Source: Escherichia phage vB_EcoM_TU01. Taken from it: a DNA stretch of 64,000 nucleotides. The stretch is from sequence record MZ560701; one strand, written 5' to 3'. The notes under the pieces are model-generated. The model had not been told where the DNA came from. It saw only the letters and a list, made by a program, of their open reading frames with translations, and did not search any database. Below are positions 47,822 through 56,821 of this stretch, piece by piece (the first letter of the stretch is position 1; each line of letters starts with the position of its first letter). Both the position numbers and the translations under genes were made by a program.

Positions 47822-48982
47822 ATGAATACTTTTAAAATCGGAACGAATTTTGATTTAGCTCTTCTTGATAAAATCGTAGAGCTCAATAAAACTTATCCTA
47901 ATAGCTTGATAAACGAAGTATATGGCTCTACAAGAGAAATGGCTTTTGTAGCAGCCAGACCTGATTTTAGGCTTCCTGACGTTGACAAAAAGATGTTAGA
48001 AGATTACGTTAAACGTTGTAACGAATTAGGTATTTGCTTTAACTATACACTCAACACGATAAATCCTGGTTCAAAAAGAGAACTAGTTGAGTGGAAGAAG
48101 AAAGCTATTCAGGACTATGTTCAGTATCTTTGGTCAATAGGCGTATGGCGTATTACTATCGCTAACCCTGTTGTTATGGAAATTGTTCGTGAAGTCAATA
48201 AAGACATTGAGATTGAAGTTTCAACAATTTTACATGTCGATGCTGTAACTCAAATCAAATACTTACATGACCAGTATAATATCAAAAAGGTCTGCTGTGG
48301 AATTCATAAGAACCGTTCAGTTTCTTTCCTGAAGCGTGCAGCAGAGTTTTGCAATAAGAACAATATAATATTTGAAGTTCTTGTAAATGAGTTCTGTTCT
48401 AATGCTGGTAAAGGGTATACAACACATTGTAGCTATCGTGACTCTTGCTATATTTTCCATAGTACTGATGTTACAGCTGATGATGCTAAATCCTTAAATG
48501 GATATCCTATGCAGCACTGTATTAAAGCTCGTGATACAGACCCATTTAACTGGTTGAGAACTCGTTTTGTTCGTCCACAAGATTTGAAACTTTATAATGA
48601 TATTGGTATCACTCAATTTAAAGTTTCGGGACGTACAGGTAGCACCGACTACATTTTGAAAGTTCTTGAAGCTTATGCTTCTGAAAAGTTTGAAGGTAAT
48701 TTGTTGGAATTGTGGAAGCCTTTAGAGACCATTTTCACTCTTGAAAATGAGACCGAGTTTTCACATACGGTAAATATTGAAACCTCTTTGTTAGACGGCT
48801 TTTTAGAAAAAAGGTGGTTCAGACATCCGGATTTCGATTGTGCTAATGAAATCTGCGGGACGACGTGTACATATTGTGAAAGATATTATAAACGTCAGTT
48901 ATCTAAAAATGGGTTATCAGAAAATTCTATATCTATTATTGATATAACTAACTCTGACGACGCTTTGAGGTACCCAGAATGA
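47822..48982 (+). CDS. Cys-rich enzyme of unknown function (386 aa)
   Basis: Long ORF; Cys clusters EFCSNAGKGYTTHCSYRDSC and CANEICGTTCTYC. Confidence 0.6.
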   Translation: MNTFKIGTNFDLALLDKIVELNKTYPNSLINEVYGSTREMAFVAARPDFRLPDVDKKMLEDYVKRCNELGICFNYTLNTINPGSKRELVEWKKKAIQDYVQYLWSIGVWRITIANPVVMEIVREVNKDIEIEVSTILHVDAVTQIKYLHDQYNIKKVCCGIHKNRSVSFLKRAAEFCNKNNIIFEVLVNEFCSNAGKGYTTHCSYRDSCYIFHSTDVTADDAKSLNGYPMQHCIKARDTDPFNWLRTRFVRPQDLKLYNDIGITQFKVSGRTGSTDYILKVLEAYASEKFEGNLLELWKPLETIFTLENETEFSHTVNIETSLLDGFLEKRWFRHPDFDCANEICGTTCTYCERYYKRQLSKNGLSENSISIIDITNSDDALRYPE

Positions 48983-49216
48983 TTTCTAGAAAAACTTTTA
49001 ACCACCAACTTAATGAAGAGATTTTGACTATAAAAATTAACAGCAACGAACAAATTCTTAAAAAGGCCCTTATGGGCCTGTTTGAAACTAAAGCGGCTAA
49101 AGCGATTAAAGAAACCTGTTCAACTAGAATACTATGCCGACGCATTCCTTCATAGTGTCCTTGGAAGTATTGATGCCGAAGCTCTACGTTATATCAACAT
49201 CGCTAAGAAATTCAAA

Positions 49217-49242
49217 TAAGCTTTATGAATTGAGTATATAAT
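49217..49242 (+). promoter_or_regulatory. middle-type promoter (GCTTTA, 11 nt, TATAAT)
   Basis: Upstream of gene 42. Confidence 0.45.
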
Positions 49243-49261
49243 AAACTGTATTGAGGTAAAC

Positions 49262-49978
49262 ATGGGAAAACATAACACAATGAAATATATTAAAGCCGCA
49301 GATTTTCAATCCGCATTTAAAGCTGTCAATCGTGAAATTTTAGAAAACCCAGAATTCGTAACTGATTCTCGTATTGGACGTTGTAATGAAATTGGGTCTA
49401 TGACAGTAGTTGTTGACACTCCATCATCATTCAAAATGACCGACCCACGTATTAACCGCATCTCTTATGAATATGCCGAAGATTTCTGGAAATTTATGAT
49501 TTCTGGCGGNACTGANGCAGAAGAAGCATTTAAGGCATATCCTAATGTCGCTAAATTTATTTCTAAACCAAAATCAGACGCTTTGCCTGCGAACTTCAAC
49601 ACTTTCTATGGTCCTCGCATTGCGGCCCAATTACCAGCTCTTCTAAAAGAACTTAAAGAGAAGCCTAACTCTCGAAGAGTTGTGTTCCAAATTCTTGAAA
49701 GTTCTGATCAGGCTTTGCTTGATTCGGACGAAACGCTTGAATATCCATGTACTGACTCAGTGACTTATTATATTCGTGATGGTAAGCTTTATACCCACTG
49801 TCATATGCGTTCCCAGAACTGTGCTGTTGTTATGCAGTTGGATTTTTATCTCCAAGGAAAATTACTTCATTATATCGCTAAAGAATGCGGTGTAGAAGTT
49901 GGTGATTATACTCATACCATGGTAAGTGCCCATGTGTTTGAACGTGATTTTGATTATGTTAAAGGATTCCTTGACTAA
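49262..49978 (+). CDS. 42: dCMP hydroxymethylase (thymidylate-synthase fold)
   Basis: Syntenic with T4 gene 42; candidate nucleophile in EYPCTDSVTYY; diverged from T4. Confidence 0.75.
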   Translation: MGKHNTMKYIKAADFQSAFKAVNREILENPEFVTDSRIGRCNEIGSMTVVVDTPSSFKMTDPRINRISYEYAEDFWKFMISGXTXAEEAFKAYPNVAKFISKPKSDALPANFNTFYGPRIAAQLPALLKELKEKPNSRRVVFQILESSDQALLDSDETLEYPCTDSVTYYIRDGKLYTHCHMRSQNCAVVMQLDFYLQGKLLHYIAKECGVEVGDYTHTMVSAHVFERDFDYVKGFLD

Positions 49979-50877
49979 TGGCTATTTTCCGCGTACCTAT
50001 CTTGAGTATGCGGTCTTATGAAACCGGACAGTATGCTATCCTTAAGGATGGCAACTTCCAACTTCATTTGCACCGTGCTAATCCGGGTGATGTGATTACA
50101 TATCCACGTAATGCATCTGATATTAAAGAATGTGAACGTCTTTTCCCAGAATTTAAGTTTGTTCCATTATGGTATAAAGATAACGCGTATAACACTCGTA
50201 AATATTTCTGGTCTGAAAATGAATTTGTGGTTGATTCATTAATTGCTTATTATGATTGTGATTTTCTAATCACAGATATCACTGGATATGACGGAGCTTT
50301 TGATGTAGAATTCAATTTCAATATCACTGCAGACCCTAATAAACCACGTTTTTATATTGACGAATTCTTAAAAACCGACATGTTGTCGGTTAATCGTTCA
50401 CTTCAAACTACTGTGTTGAATGAACGTCAAAAAGAAGTGCTGGTTAACGCTGGTGCAGATGGTAATAAGATTATCGTAACCCAGAAAGTTATACGTCCTT
50501 CCATCATGCAGCGTCTTGTAGGTGATTTGGCTCCTATTCATCTAGATGGTATTTTTCATCCATTTCGAATTAGTGACCCGTGCTATCGTTTTGAACAAGT
50601 GGTTGAATGTGCAATTCAATTAGGTCAACCGCTTTATGTAACCGATCCAAATAATAGTTTCGATAGAAATAAGTATCCTGAAGAAGCGCTGATTCGAATT
50701 TTTAAACCAACTAAAACTGAGTACTATCAAATTCTTAAAGGACGGCCGAAGATTCAATATTTCGAAAATCCTGAAGAAGTATTCCATCCAGGTCTTGGCG
50801 AGTTCATCTACTTTAATGCTTTAATTTCTTCACCGTATAATATACCTAAATACGAAGATGTCGTAATCGAGGAATAA
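49978..50877 (+). CDS. hypothetical protein at the beta-glucosyltransferase position (candidate DNA sugar transferase)
   Basis: 299 aa ORF directly after gene 42; no similarity to T4 beta-gt recognised. Confidence 0.5.
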   Translation: MAIFRVPILSMRSYETGQYAILKDGNFQLHLHRANPGDVITYPRNASDIKECERLFPEFKFVPLWYKDNAYNTRKYFWSENEFVVDSLIAYYDCDFLITDITGYDGAFDVEFNFNITADPNKPRFYIDEFLKTDMLSVNRSLQTTVLNERQKEVLVNAGADGNKIIVTQKVIRPSIMQRLVGDLAPIHLDGIFHPFRISDPCYRFEQVVECAIQLGQPLYVTDPNNSFDRNKYPEEALIRIFKPTKTEYYQILKGRPKIQYFENPEEVFHPGLGEFIYFNALISSPYNIPKYEDVVIEE

Positions 50878-50878
50878 A

Positions 50879-51427
50879 ATGGCTAAAATTATTTTAGTAG
50901 ATGGCCCGGATAATGCTGGTAAAACAACTTTCATTAATGATATAATGGAAATTAGTGAAAGATATGTAAAGATTGATTTCCCTAAACGAACAGTTGATGG
51001 ACGTTTCGATGTTAAGTCTCGAAATGAAGTTGGCTGTTTCGAAACGATGTTGAATTATTTAGACCCTACTAAGATTTATCTGTTAGACCGTGGATATATT
51101 AGTAACTGGGTTTATGGACGTATTCGACAAGATGCGGACTCGGTTCTTGACGTTTATGAACAGGATTATGTTCGTCTTTGCCAAAACCATGATGTGTTCA
51201 CAATTATTTTAACACGTAACGAAATGACTGAAAGTTTTGAAGACGACCTTATTACTTTGTCTTCATTCGGTTTTAATACAGTCATTTCACATTTTGAAGA
51301 GTTTGCAATTCATAACAAAATCCAAACGTATCAATTACTTAATCATGATGGTGCTAACAAAGTTATAGGATTTAATGCAAGCGAACGTAATTATTTGATT
51401 ACAGAAATTATCAAATGGGCTCGTTAA
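50879..51427 (+). CDS. P-loop kinase-like protein
   Basis: Walker A GPDNAGKTT at N-terminus; 182 aa. Confidence 0.55.
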   Translation: MAKIILVDGPDNAGKTTFINDIMEISERYVKIDFPKRTVDGRFDVKSRNEVGCFETMLNYLDPTKIYLLDRGYISNWVYGRIRQDADSVLDVYEQDYVRLCQNHDVFTIILTRNEMTESFEDDLITLSSFGFNTVISHFEEFAIHNKIQTYQLLNHDGANKVIGFNASERNYLITEIIKWAR

Positions 51428-51446
51428 GAGCCTGTTTAAAGTTTTT

Positions 51447-51474
51447 AAATGCTGTATAACCCTTAGTATATAAT
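51447..51474 (+). promoter_or_regulatory. middle-type promoter (TGCTGTA, 12 nt, TATAAT)
   Basis: Upstream of uvsX. Confidence 0.4.
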
Positions 51475-51527
51475 CGTCTTATCTTTTAAACATGAGTAAA
51501 ATATAATGATGCCTATGGAAAAATACA

Positions 51528-52700
51528 ATGTCTGATTTAAAATCTCGTCTGATTAAAGCTTCTACTTCTAAAATGACTGCAGACTTGACTAAGTCTAAGC
51601 TGTTTAATAATCGTGATGAAGTCCCTACTCGTATTCCGATGTTGAATATTGCATTAGGTGGTGCACTGAATGCCGGGTTGCAATCAGGCTTAACTATTTT
51701 TGCTGCTCCTTCTAAACACTTTAAAACGTTGTTTGGACTGACCATGGTTGCAGCATATATGAAGAAATATAAAGATGCAATTTGTTTGTTCTATGATTCA
51801 GAATTTGGTGCTTCAGAATCTTATTTTCGTTCAATGGGTGTTGATTTAGACCGTGTAGTTCATACTCCGATTCAATCTGTCGAACAACTTAAAGTTGATA
51901 TGACTAATCAGCTTGACGCGATTGAACGTGGTGATAAAGTTATTATCTTTATCGATTCAATCGGTAATACTGCATCTAAGAAAGAAACTGAAGATGCGTT
52001 GAACGAGAAAGTTGTAGGTGATATGTCTCGTGCTAAGGCACTTAAATCTCTGTTCCGCATTGTGACTCCTTATCTGACTATTAAAGATATTCCATGTGTT
52101 GCAATCAACCATACAGCAATGGAAATCGGCGGACTATATCCTAAAGAGATTATGGGCGGTGGTACAGGTATTCTTTACTCTGCTAACACTGTATTCTTTA
52201 TCTCTAAACGTCAGGTTAAAGAAGGTACAGAATTGACCGGNTANGANTTCACGTTGAAAGCAGAAAAATCTCGTACAGTTAAAGAGAAATCTACTTTCCC
52301 GATCACGGTTAATTTTGATGGCGGTATTGACCCATTCAGTGGCTTGTTAGAAATGGCAACTGAAATTGGTTTTGTAGTTAAGCCTAAAGCCGGTTGGTAC
52401 GCTCGCGAATTCCTTGACGAAGAAACAGGCGAAATGATTCGTGAAGAAAAATCATGGCGTGCTAAAGCTACTGATTGTGTAGAATTCTGGGGACCATTGT
52501 TTAAACACAAACCTTTCCGAGATGCAATTGAAACTAAATATAAACTAGGTGCTATCTCTTCTATTAAAGAAGTTGATGACGCTGTTAATGACCTTATTAA
52601 TTGCAAAGCAACAACTAAAGTTCCGGTTAAAACTTCTGATGCTCCGTCTGCAGCAGATATAGAAAACGACCTTGACGAAATGGAAGATTTCGATGAATAA
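51528..52700 (+). CDS. uvsX: UvsX recombinase (RecA-like)
   Basis: 390 aa; matches T4 UvsX. Confidence 0.95.
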   Translation: MSDLKSRLIKASTSKMTADLTKSKLFNNRDEVPTRIPMLNIALGGALNAGLQSGLTIFAAPSKHFKTLFGLTMVAAYMKKYKDAICLFYDSEFGASESYFRSMGVDLDRVVHTPIQSVEQLKVDMTNQLDAIERGDKVIIFIDSIGNTASKKETEDALNEKVVGDMSRAKALKSLFRIVTPYLTIKDIPCVAINHTAMEIGGLYPKEIMGGGTGILYSANTVFFISKRQVKEGTELTXXXFTLKAEKSRTVKEKSTFPITVNFDGGIDPFSGLLEMATEIGFVVKPKAGWYAREFLDEETGEMIREEKSWRAKATDCVEFWGPLFKHKPFRDAIETKYKLGAISSIKEVDDAVNDLINCKATTKVPVKTSDAPSAADIENDLDEMEDFDE

Positions 52701-53034
52701 TCTCGATGATTTAAATCTAGAAATCGTTGATGAATCCCCTTCTTCGGAAGGGGAAGACATTCGCAAAGAACGAGTGTTTAATGAATCTCTTAAAATTGTC
52801 CGTTCAGCAATGGAAAATGTCATTCAAGAGATTCTGATTACGCTTGAAGATGGTTCTCATCATATAGTCTATATTACAAAACTAGACTGGGTTGATGGTA
52901 AAATCGTAATGGACTTTGCAGTTCTTGACCAGGACAGAAAAGCAGAACTTGCACCACATGTTGAAAAATGTGTTACAATGCAAGTACAACAAGCTTTTAA
53001 TGAACGGACCAAGAAAAAATTTAAATTCTTTTAA
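52693..53034 (+). CDS. gp40-like protein (head vertex assembly chaperone position)
   Basis: 113 aa ORF between uvsX and 41 as in T4. Confidence 0.45.
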   Translation: MNNLDDLNLEIVDESPSSEGEDIRKERVFNESLKIVRSAMENVIQEILITLEDGSHHIVYITKLDWVDGKIVMDFAVLDQDRKAELAPHVEKCVTMQVQQAFNERTKKKFKFF

Positions 53035-53043
53035 GGAGTTATC

Positions 53044-54486
53044 GTGGTAGAAATTATTTTGTCTCATCTAGTATATGACCAGGCTTATTTTTCTAAGGTC
53101 TGGCCTTATATGGATTCTGAGTATTTTGAGCGTGGACCGGCAAAAAACGTCTTTAAAATTATAAAGAGCCACGTTAACGAATATAATGCAATGCCATCTA
53201 TCAACGCGTTAAAGGTGGCTTTAGATAACAGTTCTTTAACTGAAGCCGAATATAAAGGAACTTCAGACCTAATTGAAAAATTGGCTGATACTCCTGAAGA
53301 CCACGAATGGTTGGTTAAAGAAACTGAGAAATATGTCCAGCAAAAAGCGATGTATAATGCTACATCCAAAATCATTGAGATTCAGTCTAATGCTGAACTA
53401 CCTCCAGAACAACGTAACAAGAAAATGCCTGACGTAGGAGCTATTCCTGATATTATGCGTCAAGCACTTTCAATTTCGTTTGATAGTTATGTTGGACATG
53501 ACTGGATGGAAGACTACGAAGCACGCTGGCTTTCTTATCTGAACAAAGCACGTAAGGTCCCGTTCAAATTAAACATTCTGAATAAAATCACTAAAGGCGG
53601 TGCAGAAACAGGTACACTGAACGTTTTAATGGCCGGTGTTAACGTCGGTAAATCTTTAGGCCTTTGTTCACTTGCTGCAGATTATCTTCAAACAGGTCAT
53701 AATGTTCTTTATATTTCCATGGAAATGGCCGAAGAAGTTTGCGCTAAGCGTATAGATGCAAACATGCTTGACGTATCACTTGACGATATTGATGATGGTA
53801 ACGTATCTTATGCTGAATATAAAGCCAAGATGGAAAAATGGCGTTCAAAAACAACATTAGGACGTTTAGTAGTTAAACAGTATCCTACTGGTGGAGCTAA
53901 TGCTAATACATTCCGTGCATTGCTTAATGAATTGAAACTCAAGAAGAACTTTGTGCCATCTGTAATCATGGTTGATTACTTAGGTATTTGTGGGTCTTGT
54001 CGTATCAGAGTTTACACTGAAAATAGTTACACATTAGTTAAAGCTATCGCAGAAGAACTTCGTGCATTAGCAGTAGAATCTGAAACAGTTCTATGGACTG
54101 CAGCTCAAGTAGGACGTGCAGCATGGGATGCTTCGGATATGAACATGAGCGATATTGCAGAATCAGCAGGTTTACCAGCAACGGCGGATTTCATGTTGGC
54201 CGTAATTGAAACAGAAGAACTTGCACAAGCTGAACAACAACTTATCAAACAAATCAAATCACGATACGGTGATAAGAATAAGTGGAATAAATTCCTGATG
54301 GGTGTACGTAAAGGCAACCAGAAATGGATTGAGATTGAGCAAGAAGGCATGAACACACCTAACACAGTAAATGAAAACGCAGGTGCTCAGATGCGTCAGG
54401 CAGAGGTGAATCGTACGGAACGCGTAGGTAAAGCCAAAACAACACGTGCTGACCTAGATAGCTTAGCCAATGAGTTAAAATTTTAA
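53044..54486 (+). CDS. 41: replicative DNA helicase gp41
   Basis: GTG start; MVEIILSHL...; Walker A GVNVGKS; matches T4 gp41. Confidence 0.95.
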   Translation: MVEIILSHLVYDQAYFSKVWPYMDSEYFERGPAKNVFKIIKSHVNEYNAMPSINALKVALDNSSLTEAEYKGTSDLIEKLADTPEDHEWLVKETEKYVQQKAMYNATSKIIEIQSNAELPPEQRNKKMPDVGAIPDIMRQALSISFDSYVGHDWMEDYEARWLSYLNKARKVPFKLNILNKITKGGAETGTLNVLMAGVNVGKSLGLCSLAADYLQTGHNVLYISMEMAEEVCAKRIDANMLDVSLDDIDDGNVSYAEYKAKMEKWRSKTTLGRLVVKQYPTGGANANTFRALLNELKLKKNFVPSVIMVDYLGICGSCRIRVYTENSYTLVKAIAEELRALAVESETVLWTAAQVGRAAWDASDMNMSDIAESAGLPATADFMLAVIETEELAQAEQQLIKQIKSRYGDKNKWNKFLMGVRKGNQKWIEIEQEGMNTPNTVNENAGAQMRQAEVNRTERVGKAKTTRADLDSLANELKF

Positions 54487-54492
54487 TAAAAA

Positions 54493-54512
54493 GGAGACTT
54501 CGGTCTCCTTTC
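54493..54512 (+). terminator. UUCG-tetraloop hairpin after gene 41
   Basis: ggagac-ttcg-gtctcc then tttcgggg. Confidence 0.45.
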
Positions 54513-54574
54513 GGGGTTTACATCTTCCTCTAGGCATGATATGATGTACTTACACCAACCAAGAGGAAAACATT

Positions 54575-54949
54575 ATGAATATGTCTCAAGCAATTTTTAC
54601 TGCAATCACCGAAAACACAACTGTTGAAGTAGTTTCTCCGCTGGCAACCTACGTTATTCTTGCTCCTAAAACTATTGTATCTCGTATGGAAAACATGGGC
54701 AAACGTATCGTACAAATTGTTGGAGCCGGAAATCAAAAACTTGATTATCTGCGAACCATCAAAGCTTATGAACATTTCCAACTCGAAAAAGGTTCTCCTA
54801 TCCAGGTAGAACTCGTAAATGGTGATATCGTTCGAGCAATGTTCCATCATTTCTATGCATTGAATGACCCATCTAAAGCGGTTCGTTTAATTGCATATGA
54901 CGCAAACCAAAACGAAATCAACGCAGATATATCTAAATTACGTTTTTAA
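54575..54949 (+). CDS. hypothetical protein (124 aa)
   Basis: ORF with agagga RBS. Confidence 0.5.
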   Translation: MNMSQAIFTAITENTTVEVVSPLATYVILAPKTIVSRMENMGKRIVQIVGAGNQKLDYLRTIKAYEHFQLEKGSPIQVELVNGDIVRAMFHHFYALNDPSKAVRLIAYDANQNEINADISKLRF

Positions 54950-54978
54950 GTTTACTTCTCCAGTAGTTGTGTTATTAT
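54950..54978 (+). promoter_or_regulatory. early promoter
   Basis: GTTTAC, 17 nt, TATTAT then AGACCTATCAA. Confidence 0.55.
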
Positions 54979-55004
54979 AGACCTATCAACTACTGGAGAA
55001 CAAA

Positions 55005-55322
55005 ATGAAAACCATCGATTGTAAAGCAGAATTTAAGATTTTTTATCACGGTTCAAGTAGTTCAGCTAACATCGAAAACATGCTTTGTCCTCCTGAAGAA
55101 ACAGGAGTTCTGTCTGAAACTGGACGTAAGAAAAACTTGGATCGTGTGTTCTTTACTGAAGATATCGGTTTAGCAAAGATTTATGCAGGACGAGCAGCAC
55201 GCTCTTATGGAGGTGAACCACGACTCTATCGAGTAATTTCTCCGGTAGACGTAGTTCAAATGAATAATACTAAAGGTGCTACAGTTTATCACGCTGAATG
55301 GGCATTTTGCGAGGAAATATGA
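55005..55322 (+). CDS. hypothetical protein (105 aa)
   Basis: ORF. Confidence 0.5.
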   Translation: MKTIDCKAEFKIFYHGSSSSANIENMLCPPEETGVLSETGRKKNLDRVFFTEDIGLAKIYAGRAARSYGGEPRLYRVISPVDVVQMNNTKGATVYHAEWAFCEEI

Positions 55323-55510
55323 GCAAATTAACTAAAGTTACTTTTATCGGTTGGTTTAAAAGCGGTGAGATGTTCACTAAAGATATCATGTTATCAGGTG
55401 ATCGCGAAGAAATCGAGTGGGTTACGGTACAACTTGCTGAAGTGAACAAAGCATTAGTTAAAGCATTTGTTAATGACGAGAAAGTTTTTGAAGCTGATTT
55501 CAGAGGATAA
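55319..55510 (+). CDS. hypothetical protein (63 aa)
   Basis: ORF. Confidence 0.45.
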   Translation: MSKLTKVTFIGWFKSGEMFTKDIMLSGDREEIEWVTVQLAEVNKALVKAFVNDEKVFEADFRG

Positions 55511-55511
55511 T

Positions 55512-55724
55512 ATGTATTCAACTGTGTTTAAACCATCAACATACGAATTTGCATCAACTACACAATGGAAAGCTCTTATTCTGGAAGGATGGGAACTAAT
55601 GATGGATTGTGAAGCATCTGAAAAGTTTCCACACGGCAAAGTGGACTTCGTTAAATTTGCTGTACGTCCGACTAAACGACAGATTCGTCAAGAAAAACGC
55701 AAATTTCGCAAAAGTTTAAAATAA
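55512..55724 (+). CDS. small basic protein, RPTKRQ-tail family copy 3
   Basis: C-terminal AVRPTKRQIRQEKRKFRKSLK. Confidence 0.5.
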   Translation: MYSTVFKPSTYEFASTTQWKALILEGWELMMDCEASEKFPHGKVDFVKFAVRPTKRQIRQEKRKFRKSLK

Positions 55725-55726
55725 CT

Positions 55727-55756
55727 GTTTACAAGCACCACATACTGTGTTACTAT
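55727..55756 (+). promoter_or_regulatory. early promoter
   Basis: GTTTAC, 18 nt, TACTAT. Confidence 0.5.
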
Positions 55757-55784
55757 CTTTCTATCAACTACAGAGGAAATTGAA

Positions 55785-56153
55785 ATGAAAAAATTAATCG
55801 CTTTAGCAATGGTATTTGGATTAACCGGATGTGGTGCCCATGGCTTTATCCCTAATAACGTTGGCCAACTGATTTACAATCCGAATGTTAAACAGTATGA
55901 CCAACCTAAAGTTGAAGTGGAAGACCCGGTTACTGTAGGTAATCGAATGATTCAAGCTGATGCACATGCTCAACGTTATCGTGATTCTGATACTGTAGCA
56001 TTGTCAAAAGAACAACGCGTTAAAGAACATTGTCTACAGGCTACTGAAATCGCATTCATTCGCTATGTTGAAACAACTGGTAAAGAGCCTACCCAGAAAC
56101 AAATCGCGAATAACTACGTCCAGTGTATTGAACGTTTAAACAAATTTAATTAA
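55785..56153 (+). CDS. lipoprotein
   Basis: Signal peptide with lipobox LTGC (MKKLIALAMVFGLTGC). Confidence 0.65.
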   Translation: MKKLIALAMVFGLTGCGAHGFIPNNVGQLIYNPNVKQYDQPKVEVEDPVTVGNRMIQADAHAQRYRDSDTVALSKEQRVKEHCLQATEIAFIRYVETTGKEPTQKQIANNYVQCIERLNKFN

Positions 56154-56214
56154 TTGGTTTACGCCAAAGTTAAAACAAGATATTATAAACATAACAAATC
56201 AAGAGGAAATTAAC

Positions 56215-56463
56215 ATGGAATTATTCGTAGCTAGTTCAGTAGCGGTTTTAATTGCAGGTATTGGTTCAATCATCATTTACATGTTGCCTTGGGTAATCGC
56301 ACTTATTCGTGGCACAAAAAGCACAACAGCAATCTTCTTTGTATCTTTACTCTTTAACTGGACGATGGTTGGTTGGATTGGAACTTTAATTTGGTCTATC
56401 GTTGCCGAAAAGAAATCTGCTCAGCAGCCTCAACAAGTAATTATTATTCGCGAAAAAGAATAA
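56215..56463 (+). CDS. membrane protein (2 TM)
   Basis: Two long hydrophobic segments. Confidence 0.55.
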   Translation: MELFVASSVAVLIAGIGSIIIYMLPWVIALIRGTKSTTAIFFVSLLFNWTMVGWIGTLIWSIVAEKKSAQQPQQVIIIREKE

Positions 56464-56467
56464 ACTT

Positions 56468-56497
56468 GTTTACATTATAGATGGACTATAGTATAGT
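56468..56497 (+). promoter_or_regulatory. early promoter
   Basis: GTTTAC, 18 nt, TATAGT then AGTCCTATCAA. Confidence 0.5.
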
Positions 56498-56526
56498 AGT
56501 CCTATCAAATCAACTAAGGAGTTAAA

Positions 56527-56820
56527 ATGAAAAAGTTATCATTGGCAGCAATCTTACTTGCAGTATCATGTGCACCAGCTCCAGTTACGGCAGGTTATGA
56601 TAAAGACCTCTGTGAGTGGTCAATGACTGCAAATCAAGAAGATGTTGAACAACAAATCTTCTCTGATATCATGAACATCACTAAACGAGACCGTCCTAAT
56701 ATGGTTAATAAAGTTGTTGAACAACTTAAGTCTGGCGGTATCATGCAGTACAATTATGTTTTGTATTGTGACCCTAATTTCGATAACAAAGATATCGTAA
56801 CCGAAATCACAGGTGAATAA
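56527..56820 (+). CDS. secreted protein (97 aa)
   Basis: Signal peptide MKKLSLAAILLAVSCAPAPVTA. Confidence 0.55.
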   Translation: MKKLSLAAILLAVSCAPAPVTAGYDKDLCEWSMTANQEDVEQQIFSDIMNITKRDRPNMVNKVVEQLKSGGIMQYNYVLYCDPNFDNKDIVTEITGE

Positions 56821-56821
56821 T

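Noticed and set aside
55005-55322. Possible ADP-ribosyltransferase-like YHGS motif
   Set aside because: The protein is only 105 aa and the motif is short; insufficient evidence.
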